Program-made: the position numbers and the translations under genes
Origin: Xylographa opegraphella
Taxonomy: Eukaryota
Direction: 5' to 3'
Assembly (NCBI GenBank): GCA_022813865.1
Contig: JALDZX010000013.1
Coordinates: 248,001 to 312,000 of the forward strand
Length of the DNA stretch: 64,000 nucleotides
Notes under the pieces: model-generated
The model's database searches: none
Told to the model about the DNA's origin: nothing
What the model saw: only the letters and a program-made list of their open reading frames with translations
Part shown: one piece after another, positions 26,356 to 40,095 of the stretch
How the letters are laid out: each line of letters opens with the position of its first letter
Numbering within the stretch: the stretch's first letter is position 1

Positions 26356-28766
26356 ATGTCATACTCCCCAGAGTCACCGAGCAATACCAAGCATCTCAGA
26401 CCAGGGCGACTATGGCAGACGCGTAGCCGCTCGTACGACAGCTCTGGGGCCTTCCTCGCAACTTCACCGCTGGCACATGCTTCCATAGCCCGCGACCTTG
26501 AAGCAGAACCGGACGAGGATCCGGACAACCCCATCGAGGAGTCAGACGACACCGACGATGCCTCCGACTCGGAAGCCTCTACCATACGTCCCATTGGTGG
26601 GAATACCATGAGCCACTCCATGGTAGGCTCGTTTCGAAGACCCAGCTTTTCCACTGCAGGCCCGAGGGCTACCGTTGTGCCTGGGCTTCTAGGTTCTGAC
26701 CGGTATCCTACTAAAAGAGAAAGACAAGAAGCACGGCGAGAAGAACGAAGTCTTCTGAGAGATAATGACGTTATACCGCCAAAGCATCCACAGAAAGGAG
26801 AAGCGACTGACAATATCGTTGCACGTATCGGGCGGCACCTGTCTGTCGCAGGCATACCCGGCGGCAACCGAAGGGTCATCAGTCCACACGACGAGCATGC
26901 GAACGAAGCCGCACCCGATGGCATTGCCGACCTCCCAGAAACAACGCCTCTCCTCGGCGATCCCGAACGCCCCTACGGTGGCCAGGCGGAAGCCGAAACA
27001 CTCAACAAGAGATGGGAGCAAGCCGTTGCGGCCGGCAAGATAAAAACAACCTGGCAGCGCGAAGCCAAAGTTCTGGCTCGTTACTCCGGGCCACTCATAA
27101 TCACCTTTTTACTACAATACTCCCTCACAGTAGCCAGCATCTTCACCGTTGGTCATCTCGGCACCATCGAGCTGGGTGCCGTCTCTCTGGCCAGCATGAC
27201 CGCCAATATCACCGGCTACGCTATCTACCAAGGGCTTGCTACGAGCCTGGACACCCTCTGCGCACAGGCTTACGGCTCTGGCCGCAAGAAGCTAGTTGGT
27301 AGGACTTTTGCATATATATAATTTTGAGGTCAACGACAACTAATTGCCTTAAAAGGTCTGCAAATGCAGCGAATGGTATACTTTCTCTGGGTGATAACCA
27401 TTCCCATCGGCGTGCTATGGTTGTGCGCCGAGCCCATCCTCATGCGGATTGTTCCTGAAGCCGACGTGGCCGTCCTCGCGGGACGGTATCTCAAGATCAT
27501 TCTGTATGTGCAAAATAAGTTGTGCTCAATAGAACCTGCTGACTAGCTTTCAGTATTGGAGCACCTGGGTACGCGGCGTTCGAGAGCGGCAAACGCTACA
27601 CTCAGGCGCAAGGCCTCTTTTCCGCATCTCTATACGTGCTGCTCATCTGCGCACCCCTCAACGCCTTCATGAACTGGCTGTTTGTCTGGGTACCCTACCC
27701 CGTCTCCCCTTGAACCTACGCAAAGATACTGATGCGCCTCCAGCAATTCGAATGGGGGTTTGTCGGCGCCCCCATCGCGGTCGCCATCACCGACAACCTC
27801 CTCCCCCTCCTCCTCGCCCTCTACGTGCGCCTCATCGCCGGCCGCTCCTGCTGGCCGGGTTTCACCCGGCGCGCGCTCCAAAACTGGGGTCCGATGGTCC
27901 GGCTCGCCCTCCCCGGCCTCCTCATGGTGGAAGCGGAATGCCTCGCCTTCGAGATCCTAACTTTGGCCTCCTCCTACTTCGGCACCACCCTCCTCGCCGC
28001 GCAATCCGTGCTCGCCACAGCCTCGTCTCTCACCTTCCAGATCCCCTTCCCCATCAGCATCGCGGCCAGCACGCGCATCGCCAACCTCATCGGCGCCACG
28101 CTCTCGGACGCGGCCAAGACAACGGCCCAGGTCGCGCTCCTCGCCGCCGTCGCCGTCGGCCTGCTCAACCTCTGCCTCCTCTCCTCCCTGCGCGAGTACA
28201 TCCCCCGCCTCTTCACCTCCGACCCGGAAGTCGTCGCCATCGTCGCGCACGTGCTGCCCATCTGCGCTGCCTTTCAGCTCTTCGATGCCCTCGCCGCCAA
28301 CTGTAATGGTATCTTGCGCGGCTTGGGCCGCCAGGAGGTTGGGGGGTGGGTCCAGCTCTTTTGCTACTATGTCGTCGCTATGCCTATCAGTATGGGTACC
28401 GCCTTCGGGGCTGGGTGGCAGCTGGCCGGTCTGTGGACTGGGGTTGCCGTCGCGTTGGGGCTGTGAGTCGTTTTCCTTTCTTTCCTCACCCCCCGGCACT
28501 TTTTGCCTTCCTCCTGCTCGTCATCTCTCCCGCCTCCTATCCTACACAGCCTCCCGACCGAGCATAAGAGCACAGCCTGTAGTGGTAGCGATTTTTTCCC
28601 CCCTCATCTATTATAACGTTCGCGCCCCTTTATCGCTCTGGGCACACAGACCGCTGATCCCTTTACTCGCATCTACAGCGTCGCGGGCATCGAGGCCGTG
28701 TTCCTGTACCGCACCAGCTGGGAGCGCAGCGTGGCGGACGCGCAGAGGCGGAATGCGCACGATTGA
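26356..28766 (+). CDS. MATE-family efflux transporter (ERC1-like)
   Basis: Introns 27299-27355, 27504-27553, 27690-27743, 28463-28678. [46 protein letters not shown]. Long acidic N-terminal tail. Confidence 0.93.
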
Positions 28767-29252
28767 TTAATTGGCGGGGCAGTGTGGTGCAAAAAGTGCT
28801 GGGTCAGGCGTTTTGGAAAAAGGTGATGTCGGGCGTTCTGGAGGAGGTGGGGGTTTTGGGTTTTCTTGGGGGGGCTAGATGGATAGACGCATGGCTGGAT
28901 GGGTGGGGTGTGTTGGAGTATGTTTGGGTTGTGTATGCTTGCGTGAATGGTTGGGTATGTTTGGATATATTTGTACATGCTTGCCGTGTATATCTGTACA
29001 TATCCGCATGCTTGCACGTCTCGCTATGCACATACCCACCTACACATCTCCACCATCCACCCACATCTCCACCATCCGCACCACCCGCTCCACGACTCCG
29101 AATTCGTCCATCCATCGGACGTGCATCAAGATCAGAGCGAAGTCAGCATCAGAATCAGCATCAGCGTAGCGGGATCTACGCGCCCGTCGTAGCTATCAGA
29201 TGTGCAGATGGCGAGGATTTCCTGCGTGATGGGTAGGTTTGCCTTGCTTTGA

Positions 29253-29293
29253 GGGATGGGATGAGATGGGATGAGATGGGATGGGATAGGATG
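29253..29293. repeat. (GATGG/GATGA)n pentanucleotide microsatellite
   Basis: gggatgggatgagatgggatgagatgggatgggataggatg. Confidence 0.8.
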
Positions 29294-29613
29294 TGGCCAG
29301 CTAGGATACGGAGCTGCCATCGAAGAGAGAGCCAAAGGGGGGTTTTCGTACAGGAAGGGGGGGAGGCGCACTCTATGGTTGGTGAGGGGTTTGTTGTATC
29401 ACTTCAGATGTCACGGCACATTTCACATGTCAGAGCACAGCACTGCCACATCCACGCAACAGTCTATCGTTCGTCATCATCGTGAAGCATAGCTACCCAG
29501 CACCGCTTCCCCACCCACAAGCGGTCCAGGCAGCAAGTAGCCCCAGAAGGGGCGTAAAAACAAAAATCCACGCCGCAAAACAATAGAAACAAGAAAAAGA
29601 AAGCGAACAGAAA

Positions 29614-29657
29614 TCACGCGCGCGCGTCATCAACCAACCCGACCCCGTCGTCGGAAG

Positions 29658-29688
<31 letters not shown>

Positions 29689-32600
29689 CTCGTCCTCGTC
29701 ATCGGAGTACAGGAAGAACTCGCCGTAATCTTCCTCCCTCTCCTCCTCCGCCCCCGCCTCCTCCGCCCCCGCCTCCTCCGCCGCCGCTTCCTCCTCCGGG
29801 GCCCGAGCCACCACAGGGCCAACAAGAGCAGTGACCTTGCACCCCGCCAACGCCTCCGAGTCCTCGAACGGCTCGTAGCCGCTGGTCGTCTGCGCCTCTG
29901 AGGCGAGGTGCTCTGTGCCCCATTCCGAATCATCATCATATACGCGCCTCCGGTCCAAGACGTCGGAGTGGCCGTCGTTGACGGCGGTGGAGGTGTGGAC
30001 GGTGCTGTCGTCGCCGTCGCGGAGCATGTCGAACTCGCTCGCGGCCGCGCTGCTGGCGGTGCCGGTGTGCACGTCCGGTCCGGCGGTGGAGAAGCCGGTT
30101 TCGGCGAGGGGGACGTTGTCATTGAAGACACCGCTCGAGCCGTCGTCGTTGCCGCCGGCCCAGAGGGGGAGGTACTTCAGCTCCGACTCGGTCAGGCACA
30201 CCAGGGTGTTCGTGAGTGCGAGGTCGAGGGCGTCGCGTTGTCCGGCGTCGGGCGATGCTAGCATCTCGGTGGCGACTGAGTGGAGGTGTCTCTCTACTTC
30301 GGTGAAGAATTGGGCGAGGTCGAAGGAGTTGCTTTGCGGAGCGGAGGGGGTGGGGTCGAGGGTGTCGGCTTTATATATGAACGAGTGGCTCGAAAAGGCT
30401 GGTGGAGGGGATGAGGATGTCTCCCGATTGTCCGATCTTGTAGCGGATGTTTCTGCATTGGAAGCTCCGAATCCACCAGCTGTAGAGGTCTTAGAGACAG
30501 GAGATGACCCTGCAACGAAAGTTTGCCTTGGCCGAAGCCCATCTGAGAGAAGGTTTTGTCCCAGAGAACCATGTGAAGCAGATACCGAGTCTTGGGCATA
30601 AGGATCAAAATTCCGATATGGAGAAGAAGATGGACTGCCGGTGCAAATTGTCTCATGGTGCTGCTGTCTCTCTCTCGAGGAAGAGCGATTCTGTCGATGT
30701 AAATCTTCCAGGTCAAGCTTATTCTTCCGAGCACGTCGTACGTGGCGAGCTTGAAGCCGAGGTGAGCTCTGTTCGGACATGTTTGAGTCAGATTGCTGAT
30801 ACGAACTCTCAAAATCATCAACATCATCTTCGCGACATTCATAATCATCATCATCAACATAGTACGCCTCATCATGCTTTGGAATGTTATATATATCTTC
30901 CTGTTGGCTCAGCATTGAAAACATTTGGCCGTGGTACTTCTTTGAAGCGTTACTCGGTTCGCCACATAGTGCATTTGGATTCGATCGAGAGCCAGACATT
31001 GGTGCATTGTACGAACTTTGGTTAGAAGAATGCTCTGGAACTGCGACATAGTCACGTCTCCAGTCATCTTCGGCGGATGGAAGGCTGATGGAGGAGCCAG
31101 TCTCGTCTGTCCTTGGCCGGTAAGCAATGTTAAAGGTTGGTGGATAATTTCTAGCTCGCAACTCCGCTGCATGACCTTGACCAAAGTGGGCGCCATTGTA
31201 ACCTTGCAAGTGTGATACGGTTTTTGTTGTTTCTTTCATCCCATTTTCGTGCAACGAATTGTAAGCATCAACCCTGCGGCGTAGTTCACCTGGATATATG
31301 TTCCTAAACACCCCAGTCTTTACCAGATCCCTGAGGAGATATGAAGTGCGGCCGCTGACGTGATACTTGTATCCAGGCTTGATACCATAATCTGGATTTG
31401 ACATAACAAGATGACAGCCACGAAGATTGATCCAGAAAGCTCGCGTGAAGACTCGTTCGTGATGTGTCAATAAATTCCAGGTAGAACAGAATTGAGTTTG
31501 CGGAAACAGTTCCGCGCCTTTTCCACTGTCCTCAACGGGTCCAGGCATAGTATAGTAATTTGAGCATAGCAGATAGTACACAACGCCACGTACATACGCC
31601 TTGAGCTCTTTCATAAGTTCAGCATACATGATTCGGTGGGGCTGCGAGCGGTGTGTGGGGACAAGTAACTTTTGACATTCTGGAAGCTCCTCTACCCAGG
31701 TCGATCCCACAGCGGTCAGCTCCTCGAATCGAGCCTTGACACGTTCTACCAAAGAATCTCGTGCATATTGTATACGAGTCATCCATGGCTCAAAGTGAAC
31801 CTCGTCGACGAATTCCCTTTTACGACCATGAACACTGTAGTGAGGGTCTGTGCTACCTCCTTCATACACGACCGCCAATGCTGCCTCTCCTACCAAAATC
31901 GCAAAGACATCTCGGCCGAGCGCTTGACAATGAAGCCCTTCGGCAATTTTCAGAACAACTTCCAGCTGAACTTCCATAAAGTAAGTGTTGGGGGAAGCTC
32001 GTAACCAGCGGACAATGTAGTCGGTAAGCAGACTGTCTCTGATGCTGAAGTGCCTTGCTACTGCAAAAGTAGTCCACATTTTGACAGCGGAGTCAATTTC
32101 CGGATCTCGCCCTTCTATGCCATGGAGAACCCGCTCTATCGCGAATCGGTGCCGAATCGGTGCGTAATCTGCTGGTAATTGAAGCATGCGACCATCGCGT
32201 ACAGTGCCTGTATGTTGATCTTGCAATGCAGGGGAGCTGTCACTGGTAGATACAGTGGACCTCTGTACTGGTGTCGTCGTTGCAGCGCCTGGGAGGTTTG
32301 CAGTATCGTTCACGACAACGGTTTCTGTTACCGTCCCTTGGCCATGAAACCACTGGATCTTGGAGGTTGGCTTGGCTGGGGTTACCGGCATTCTCACCCG
32401 GGACAGCTCATCTTGCCCCCCAACAAGTCCCTCGGAAATTTTCCAGCGGTCACGACTCAGACCCCATTGTCGGACACCCATCGTGCAGGAGAGATCTTGG
32501 GTGAGGTTTGCTGCAACGTCTCCTTCGCTGGGCGGAGTTAGGTCGAGAGCATAGATGATTCCGCGAGGAAGGTTGTTCACCAGTTTGCGGCGTCGAAGAA

Positions 32601-33261
32601 CGCGGAATTGAGCTGTAGAACTGAATAGGGAATCGAAGAAGGGAGAACAGAGACTCTTCAGTGTACTGCTTCTCACGCGAAATGGACGAAGATATCGAGC
32701 TTGGATTTCAGTGTAAGTAAATTGATCCTGGTGAGGCTGCTGGGCGGGAGCATCAATGAACACCAACGTGTCACCATCTGGAATATCAAGACGTTCTAAT
32801 GACACTGCACGTGACTGTCGCATTTCTGCAATGCAATCGTCGATCGTAACTCTGGCTGGAACCATTTTTACGTCGGCATCAATGTGAGTTGAAGTGCCGC
32901 CTTCGACGATGGCTCGCATCTTTGCTTGCAAGATTTCTTCGCGGCTAGGAAGCACAGGGGCACCGAACCTATCCAGCTGCATGGTTGGTCCTTCCCCGTC
33001 GTCAGTATCACTTTCGGTATTGCTGTTCTCGCGGTATCCAGAATATTCAGGTCTTGTGTAAGAATAAGGAGACGGGTCTGGATTCTCTGGATTTGGGTCT
33101 AAATGTGTGAGAGAGCTTTGAGCTTCCCAATTTTGTAGCCTGGCAGTGGAGTTACCTTGGCTGAGTTGTGAGCGTACTGAACTGTGAATTGAAGCTTCGG
33201 TTGCCCGCTGAATCTGAAGTTCATCCTCCGACTCCAGGTGTTGCTGCCGGTTTGAGGACAT
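29614..33261 (-). CDS. Conserved fungal hypothetical protein (1215 aa; possible BTB-like N-terminal region, acidic tail)
   Basis: Uninterrupted ORF with globular-looking blocks FRVRSSTLKSLCSPFF, YALDLTPPSEGD, PIRHRFAIERVLHGIEG and ELKYLPLWAGGNDDGSSGVF. Confidence 0.85.
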
Positions 33262-34301
33262 CTTGCTGGTCGTTGATGCTGCGTAAGACTGTCTAGGCCG
33301 AACAGCATGATAGAAAGAACTGATAATGGGAGCAGATGGGACTGATGATGCGAGCAGAACGATAATAGACAGGTAGTTGAAGGTAAGAAGAAGGTAAACT
33401 GTGTTGGAAAATCGTTGGCTTAAGACCGTAAGGTAGACTGTTACGCCGGTGAACTTCCGGTGAAAACAAAGTGAGGACTAGCGCCGGGCGCAAGCCCTTG
33501 GCGTGACCTAGACGCGGTGTTGATGTTTACCTGACACGACTCTGTCTTGGTAAAGCGGAGGCTGACGCAGGAAGGACGAGAGTGTTAGGATGTCCGAAAG
33601 AGATGAAAGAAGGATGATTGTTGGAACAGTAAAGAGTTCTGAAATAGATTGAGGAGCGAGATATAGTAGAAACTCTCGCATCGGTCTTTCAGTAAATTAA
33701 CCCGGGCAGTTCCCCAATAACTGGGGGCTGAAAGGTAATCTCCGGGCTTAAGCGGAAGCTTCAGTCCATGCGACACGACAATCACCGGCTCCAAGAGAGC
33801 GGAAATTGATGACGTAGAGTGAGGACGTAAGTTGAGAACGTAGGACGAGACCGCAGCCTGACAACGGAGGCCGAGCAGGTAGGATGAGACCACAGCCTCG
33901 GAACGTAGCTCCAGAACCCCAGTCCAGAAATATATAGCAAGAAAGCAAGACAAAAGAAAAGGCACAACACAAGCCACGAACCCAGCAAGACAAGAACTCC
34001 AATTCAGACACCACTACGTCGGCGTTCTCCAAGCACGCGTCCCTGACGCCCCCGACAGCAGACCGAACTGAACACCAACGAACCAAGCCCAGGCGGTTCA
34101 CACAACCTACAATATGAAGAGCAGGAAGAAACCAGGCATTGAACGATGAGAGAGTATAATAAAGTGGTTTAGAGAAGTTGAAAAGCTGAAGGATTTCGGT
34201 TCGTCGTTCAGGCTGCAGCCATACCTGGGATAGCTCCGTAAGGCTGCAGGTTCTCATCCCACGCTTTTCTCGCTCAGCCACAATGTATACTTACCTTAAG
34301 A

Positions 34302-34340
34302 TACCTACCTAAGTTCCTCCGTAGGTACCTTAGGTAGGTA
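34302..34340. repeat. 12-bp inverted repeat TACCTACCTAAG-N15-CTTAGGTAGGTA
   Basis: Arms 34302-34313 and 34329-34340 are exact reverse complements. Confidence 0.7.
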
Positions 34341-34994
34341 CAATGTACAAACCTGTTCTCCCCCGACTGACCATCCCACCCACCCCCACCCCCAACCCCG
34401 GCCAATCAGCCAATAGACGAAGTTACAAAACCAGATCCCAAAACCCTCAGCCTAAGATCCTAGTGAATATCAAACACGCAGCCATCAGGCAAAGCTGTTC
34501 TACTTCACCCCGATACCTGCTCACCCGCAAACAGTCCATTCGTCCGTTAAACAACCATCCAGTCATCGATCAAAGCAAGCCAACTCACCAAGTAGCGATG
34601 ACTAAAACTTAAAATATCGAAATAAACATCCAAGATCAAATATATCTCAACCAACGCGTGAAATCTAATCGAAAATAATGGATTCTCTCATATCATTCTA
34701 ATGTCGTCCAGCAGAAAACCCCCTACGCAGGTATAATAATAGCCACTAATAATAAAACTCGTAAATCAGACGCGACACCCTGCTGTGAGCCTACCTAACT
34801 AATACCTAGAACGGAAATACAACAACCCCCCCTTCCTCTGAGAATACATTTCATACCGAAATTTCATTTCACCCAGATTGAGATTTCTGATTTATTCCAC
34901 CCGATCGGGTTGGGTTGGTTTTCGATGATTTAGTAAGGTACTTTACCTACGTAAAGTGAATCCTATAACTACAGGCGGGCGCGGAGATTGAGGG

Positions 34995-35098
34995 AGGGAT
35001 GGATGTGTGGATGGTTGGATGGATGAATGTGTGGATGTGTGAATTGGATGGGTGGATGAGTGAAATGATGAATGATGCCGTGGGCGATGGATGCATGA
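34995..35098. repeat. Degenerate (GGAT)n microsatellite
   Basis: ggatggatgtgtggatggttggatggatgaatgtgtggatg... Confidence 0.7.
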
Positions 35099-35727
35099 AT
35101 CGAGTAATTCAATGCCGAAACAGCAGAACAATACCACAGGCACACCCAAACCCCCTCAACCCCAACCAACACCAGCATCCAACGCATGTAGCATCCTCAT
35201 CTACCCATCCAGCCAAACAACCAAAAACAGGTGTCAACGTTTTACACTCCAAGCCGCAGACTTCGGACATCTCTATCTCGCGGACTCAGCGAGGAAGATA
35301 TTACCATTAACATCTAAGATACCCACCCAACTATGACGCTAAAAAACCCGAAGAATGCTGGCAAAGCGCGAGAAAAAGAAAGCCTCACCACCGAACCGAC
35401 CACGCGCAAACGATGCAAATGCAGATTTGTGGGGGGTATAGTGCCGATGCAACAGTGCCGCCCAACAACGCTGCGCGAGAGAGAGGAGAGCCCGAGGGGG
35501 TTGGGTGGGCAAGCGCGAAGAACACTGAAGTGGGTAGAGCCCGAAGCAACTGAAATGGAGAGACAAGGAAGCCAAAGAAAACAAAGCGACCGACCCCCGG
35601 AAATGCTAGACTTGCAACCTGCCTCGCGGAAACGCAAAAAGACCTCCCGATAGCAACAAACGCCGGGAAATGCGTTTCGGCAACACACGCATCCGCCGAC
35701 AAATCATCAAAGCTGACATGCACCCGT

Positions 35728-38700
35728 CTATACCGAGCTCCGTTGCTCTCCCTCCGGCTCCTGAGCTTCGTCCACCCAGTCGCCAATCTCTCGTCCGGGC
35801 CCATCGCTGTGAATCTCTCCCTTTTCCTTCCCCTTCAGCTCCGACTTGAGCCTTTTCGACCCTCGCTTGCTGTATTTGTTGTTCCGTCGCTCGTCTCCCG
35901 TGCTGGCAACATCCACTTTCCTCAGCTCCTTCACCTCTTTGAGCACCTCTCGAAAGCCCTCCTCCATTGTGTTCATCCGCGCGAGCATGAGTCTGCTCAT
36001 CATGCGTTGGTCTTCCCCGCCTCCATCGGCGGATTGGTCCTGCCGCGGTCTCCGACCATTGTTCGCATAAGCCATCTGCGTCGCGAAGCTTGCCGGAACT
36101 GCTCCAATGAAGCCTCCCCCGACTGCTTTGTTGTCTCCGAGGTCGGACACAATATCCATAGCCATCGGAGATCGTCCCATCTCGCGGCGACTATCGAGAC
36201 CAAGCATGGCCCCGATATTAGGCGTTGACTGATACTCAAACCGAGGAGGCATTATTGGTCGAGGACGAACGATGTTGGTAGGGCGTTTCGGGGTTCGCCT
36301 ACCAGCCGACGCCGGTGTTTGAATTCCACTTCCTGGTGCAGTGTTTCTCGCGCTGTTCCGCGCAGTGGTTGCATTTCGGCTCGGGGACGACGAGGAATCG
36401 GCTTTTTTAACCGGCGGATTGTACAGAATCGTGTTGGTAGACAAGTTTCTCGTGTGGCCTCGGCGTGGCCGCTGCGGCCCAGCGCGTGAGTCAGGGCGGT
36501 CCCAGGGAGAATCTGCAAATGAGAGCGAGGGCTGTGGAACGCGCCCGGATGGGTTTGCCGATGGTGTCTGAGGGTTGAAGAAGCCATCACGATTTTCCTT
36601 ATCGGAATCATCAGCAGCGCCATCAGCGGTGGCACGCTCCAAGGTGGTGTCTTCATTGGTCACGAGTTCATCATCCCCATCACCGTCGGTTTGTTCCGGA
36701 AGGTCTTCCCCAGCGGTCATTTTCGAAACCTCACTGTCATCACGATAGTTCGCTGGCCGACGGGGGAATGGGAATTGAGTCCCGGCAAATTCTTCGGGGT
36801 CTGATGCTACGGACCGAGTGGTTGCAGTGAAGTCTCTTCCAGGTCCTTGCCGCCTACGGAGTGATCGCATGTGCAGTGGCCGACGATTTTCCAACCTGTC
36901 TACAACAGAATGGTCCTGTTCCGCGGGTGGACTAGCTGTGCCTTCCGGGCCCATGCTTTGCATCCAATTATTGACAGCGTTACTCGTCTTACGACGCTCA
37001 TGACTCTTCTGCGTACTCCGGATGGTGTTATCCCGAAACGGTTTCCTAAAGACCTCTGCCAGAGCACGGTCCTTGTGATATGTTGCCACCGACGGCTCTC
37101 GTAATTTGGGATGCCTGGGGCTGAACAGATTCAGACCGGAACCAGGAGTATCGAAGGCCTTCGCTACGCTATCACGTCCGCGTCGCTCCACAAGATCCGT
37201 AAGCTCGAACGCACTTCTTCTCAAGATCATTCTCTCGTATCCATATATGGCGAACAAGACCGGGAAGTGAGTAACCTTGATCACTGTCCGATTTAGACGG
37301 ACAAACTGACGAAACGGTAACACGAAACGCAAGGGTGTGAGCAGCCAAGCAATAACATTGGTAGGAGCGACGTAAGAGAACAGTGCGTCGGATTTGACCA
37401 TCGAGATCGTGTTTACTGCGAAGACAAATTGGTGCTCGTCGTTGGCATTCTGTACAATTGCCATGAAAGAATTGGTCAAGACTGTTATCAGTATCGTGAC
37501 AATGAGAAAGTGGCATATGAAAAGGAACAGCGTCAGGATTCCCTTGCCCAGGATATTGAAGTTTGACCACTGGTCCCAAGCTGCGGGTGTGAAGCCCATC
37601 AACATTTGAAATAATGCATATGCTACGCTGCCGCCATTGAAATCGTCATTACCAAAGGCAAGAGTGAAAGCAACGAAGAAACCGCTGCAACTTATGAGAA
37701 TCAGTATGAAAACTGCTATCAAGTCCACTGCCATCATCCTGAAAGCTATCAATAATTGCGAGAAGTAACGGTAATGGTCAAGGACGGAAAACAATCGCGG
37801 AAACAGGATGACCGCATTAGTGGCCAGGATATCGTAGGCCAGATTGGCAACTCGACGTTTCCGAAGGTCTGGCATCAGTATTCCATACAATCTCATGCAG
37901 TAATAACAGACCAGTAAGAGAAGGATTCCAAGGTCGAAAGTATTCCAGAAGCTCATGATGTACAAGCTGAAACCTTGCTCATTAAAGCCTACGATCTCGT
38001 CAAGCATGAAACCGGCACTCCAGAACCAGAAAATGACCTCCAAGGCGGTAATATGCAGCGACCTCTGGACAAGAACTGCAACGAAAAGGCCAAGCAGAAC
38101 TGCAAACGAGCAAGTGGACAAAAACTGTCGATAACGTGGGACACGCAACCTCGACAGCTTGAAGAGCGAAGCATCACGGGGGTCATAGAGCGTCACGGAT
38201 CGCCGTACCGTAAGCTCCACTGAGTCGATTCGATCGAGAGACTTTGCTTTATGCAAAAGTGTAGGGATTCGAGATTCTATAGCGCCGTATCTTCGAGTCT
38301 GATTAGGTGAGATCCTGAGTGGAGGACGATGTAAGTTATCGGCCGCGGAGTGAAAGACAATCGTCCCAGCCCAGATGGCCTCGAGCTGCTGAACCACTAA
38401 TGGATGGGCAAGAAAGCGCTTAGCCTGGGCCCTGATAGCTATCTCAAGTGTAGATATTCGGGCCGCACCCGTGTGCGGCTTGAAGTTCGGGGTGGGTGTT
38501 GTGCTACCGACAGATTGTTTGACGAGTCCTTGCAGTGGATAAAAGTCGTAGGATAATGCGTCTAAACATAAAAGCATTAACGAAAGCAGCCACTTGAGGT
38601 CTTGATCATGTATGGATGGTTGGCATACCAATCTGTCACTCCGTTAGTCGAACATCGCATCCGTGACACTCCATTTGGCATTCACTCTTACCAATTCTCG

Positions 38701-39294
38701 CGTGCTGAACTCCTTCAATAGCTTTATTGCAAGAAGCTCACACACCATCGCCCTGGTCTTGCTCGTCCCGCTATTACCTGGGCTTATCTGTGCCTCTTTA
38801 CTGAACTGCAAGCAGTTGGCCACTAGAGCATACAGTGTTGCTTTATTGAAGTGAGAAGCAAGGATCTGCTGTTGTATTGGCTTGACAAGGAACTGTGAGA
38901 CCTGCGGTGACCGCAGTTGATCCCACGACAGAGTTGTCTCGCATCTCGGGATAACGAGCAGACGGATGGTATGGGTGAGGTTATATACTGGAAGAGTATC
39001 TCGAACGCGCAGCACCGTTAGCGAACCTCAACGAATTCGAGCGGAAGACCAACCCAGCTGAGCGGCCTCAAATATCGGCAGTAGTGGCGTCAAGCCATCC
39101 TCTTCTTCATCCTCATCCTCCTCGTCCTCGTCTTCGTCGTCGTCCCGCTCTCCGGACTCCTCCCCATCTTCAGGGTTGTTATCACGTCTCCATGACCGCT
39201 GTCCACTCCTCAACGCCCGTGTGTGAGGCGACATCAAGGGACTCTGTTCGCTCCGCCAGCGACCCCCCTTCGCACGCAATATCGAAGACAACAT
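35728..39294 (-). CDS. TRP-like (Yvc1-related) non-selective cation channel (~1128 aa)
   Basis: Exons 39294-39054, 38999-38692, 38632-38629 (4 nt), 38561-35728. TLSWDQLRSPQVSQFLVKPI, RELIDALSYDF, STLEIAIRAQAKRFLAHP, SFWNTFDL, pore-like FQMLMGFTP, LITVLTNSF. Long disordered C-tail. Confidence 0.88.
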
Positions 39295-40095
39295 TCGGGA
39301 CTAAATCTCCATCAATAGATTGGGACTGTGGGTCGAAGCTGGTCGACGATCTGGTCAGCAGCGCTCGACATGCAAGTGGAATCCATTCACGCGTCGGTCG
39401 AGCGAACGGAGAGTCTGGATCATGATAAGGTATTGGCGATGCATTACACCTTCTCACACAAGATGAGCTTATCGTCCACTAGGCGGCACCATAGCGGGAA
39501 ATTTGGAGCAGCGATCAGATGATGGCATCCAAGGTGAAGCCGTGGCTGCATGACATGAGATCGGGTGTTTACCGCAAAGTGTGCTTGTCCAGAGTCAAAG
39601 CTGCAAGCGAATCACAGCCAATCAGATCGCCCACACCGCTCACCGCCGTCGCTTAGCCTTGTCGCACTTCTGCCAAAGGGAGGCAAGTCGGGATTCGACT
39701 ATGTGATAATGGTGACAAGAGGCCAACATGTGATCTGTGGAGCCCCGCCTTCCTTCATCGTCCACTGGAAGGTGGCATTTGGATATCTCCAGTGCAGGTT
39801 GAATCTAAGAGTGGAGAGAAGTACCTTGGGTACAGAATACATGAGGCGATAACACCGACACTCGAAATTCAACGATCCAGTTCGGCGATTTGCATCCTGG
39901 CAGCTGGTGAAAAAGCTTCCTGCATGCATCTGATGAAGGAGCCTGATGCTGATTGGTGGACACGCTCCGTGACCAATCACAGCCTAGCATCTGCAGGCTT
40001 TGCATCTTTAGCGGCCGCAATGGATCGGCCTGCTCGAACCCCTGGTCGGGAATATCAAAATGCAATTGTCCTCGAGAACCTGCGTGGATTAGTAC

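Noticed and set aside
34287..34303. ATACTTACCTTAAGATA resembles the 5' end of U1 snRNA
   Set aside because: No U1-70K loop, U1A loop (ATTGCAC) or Sm site follows. Better explained as a minus-strand splice donor or TACCT-rich spacer.
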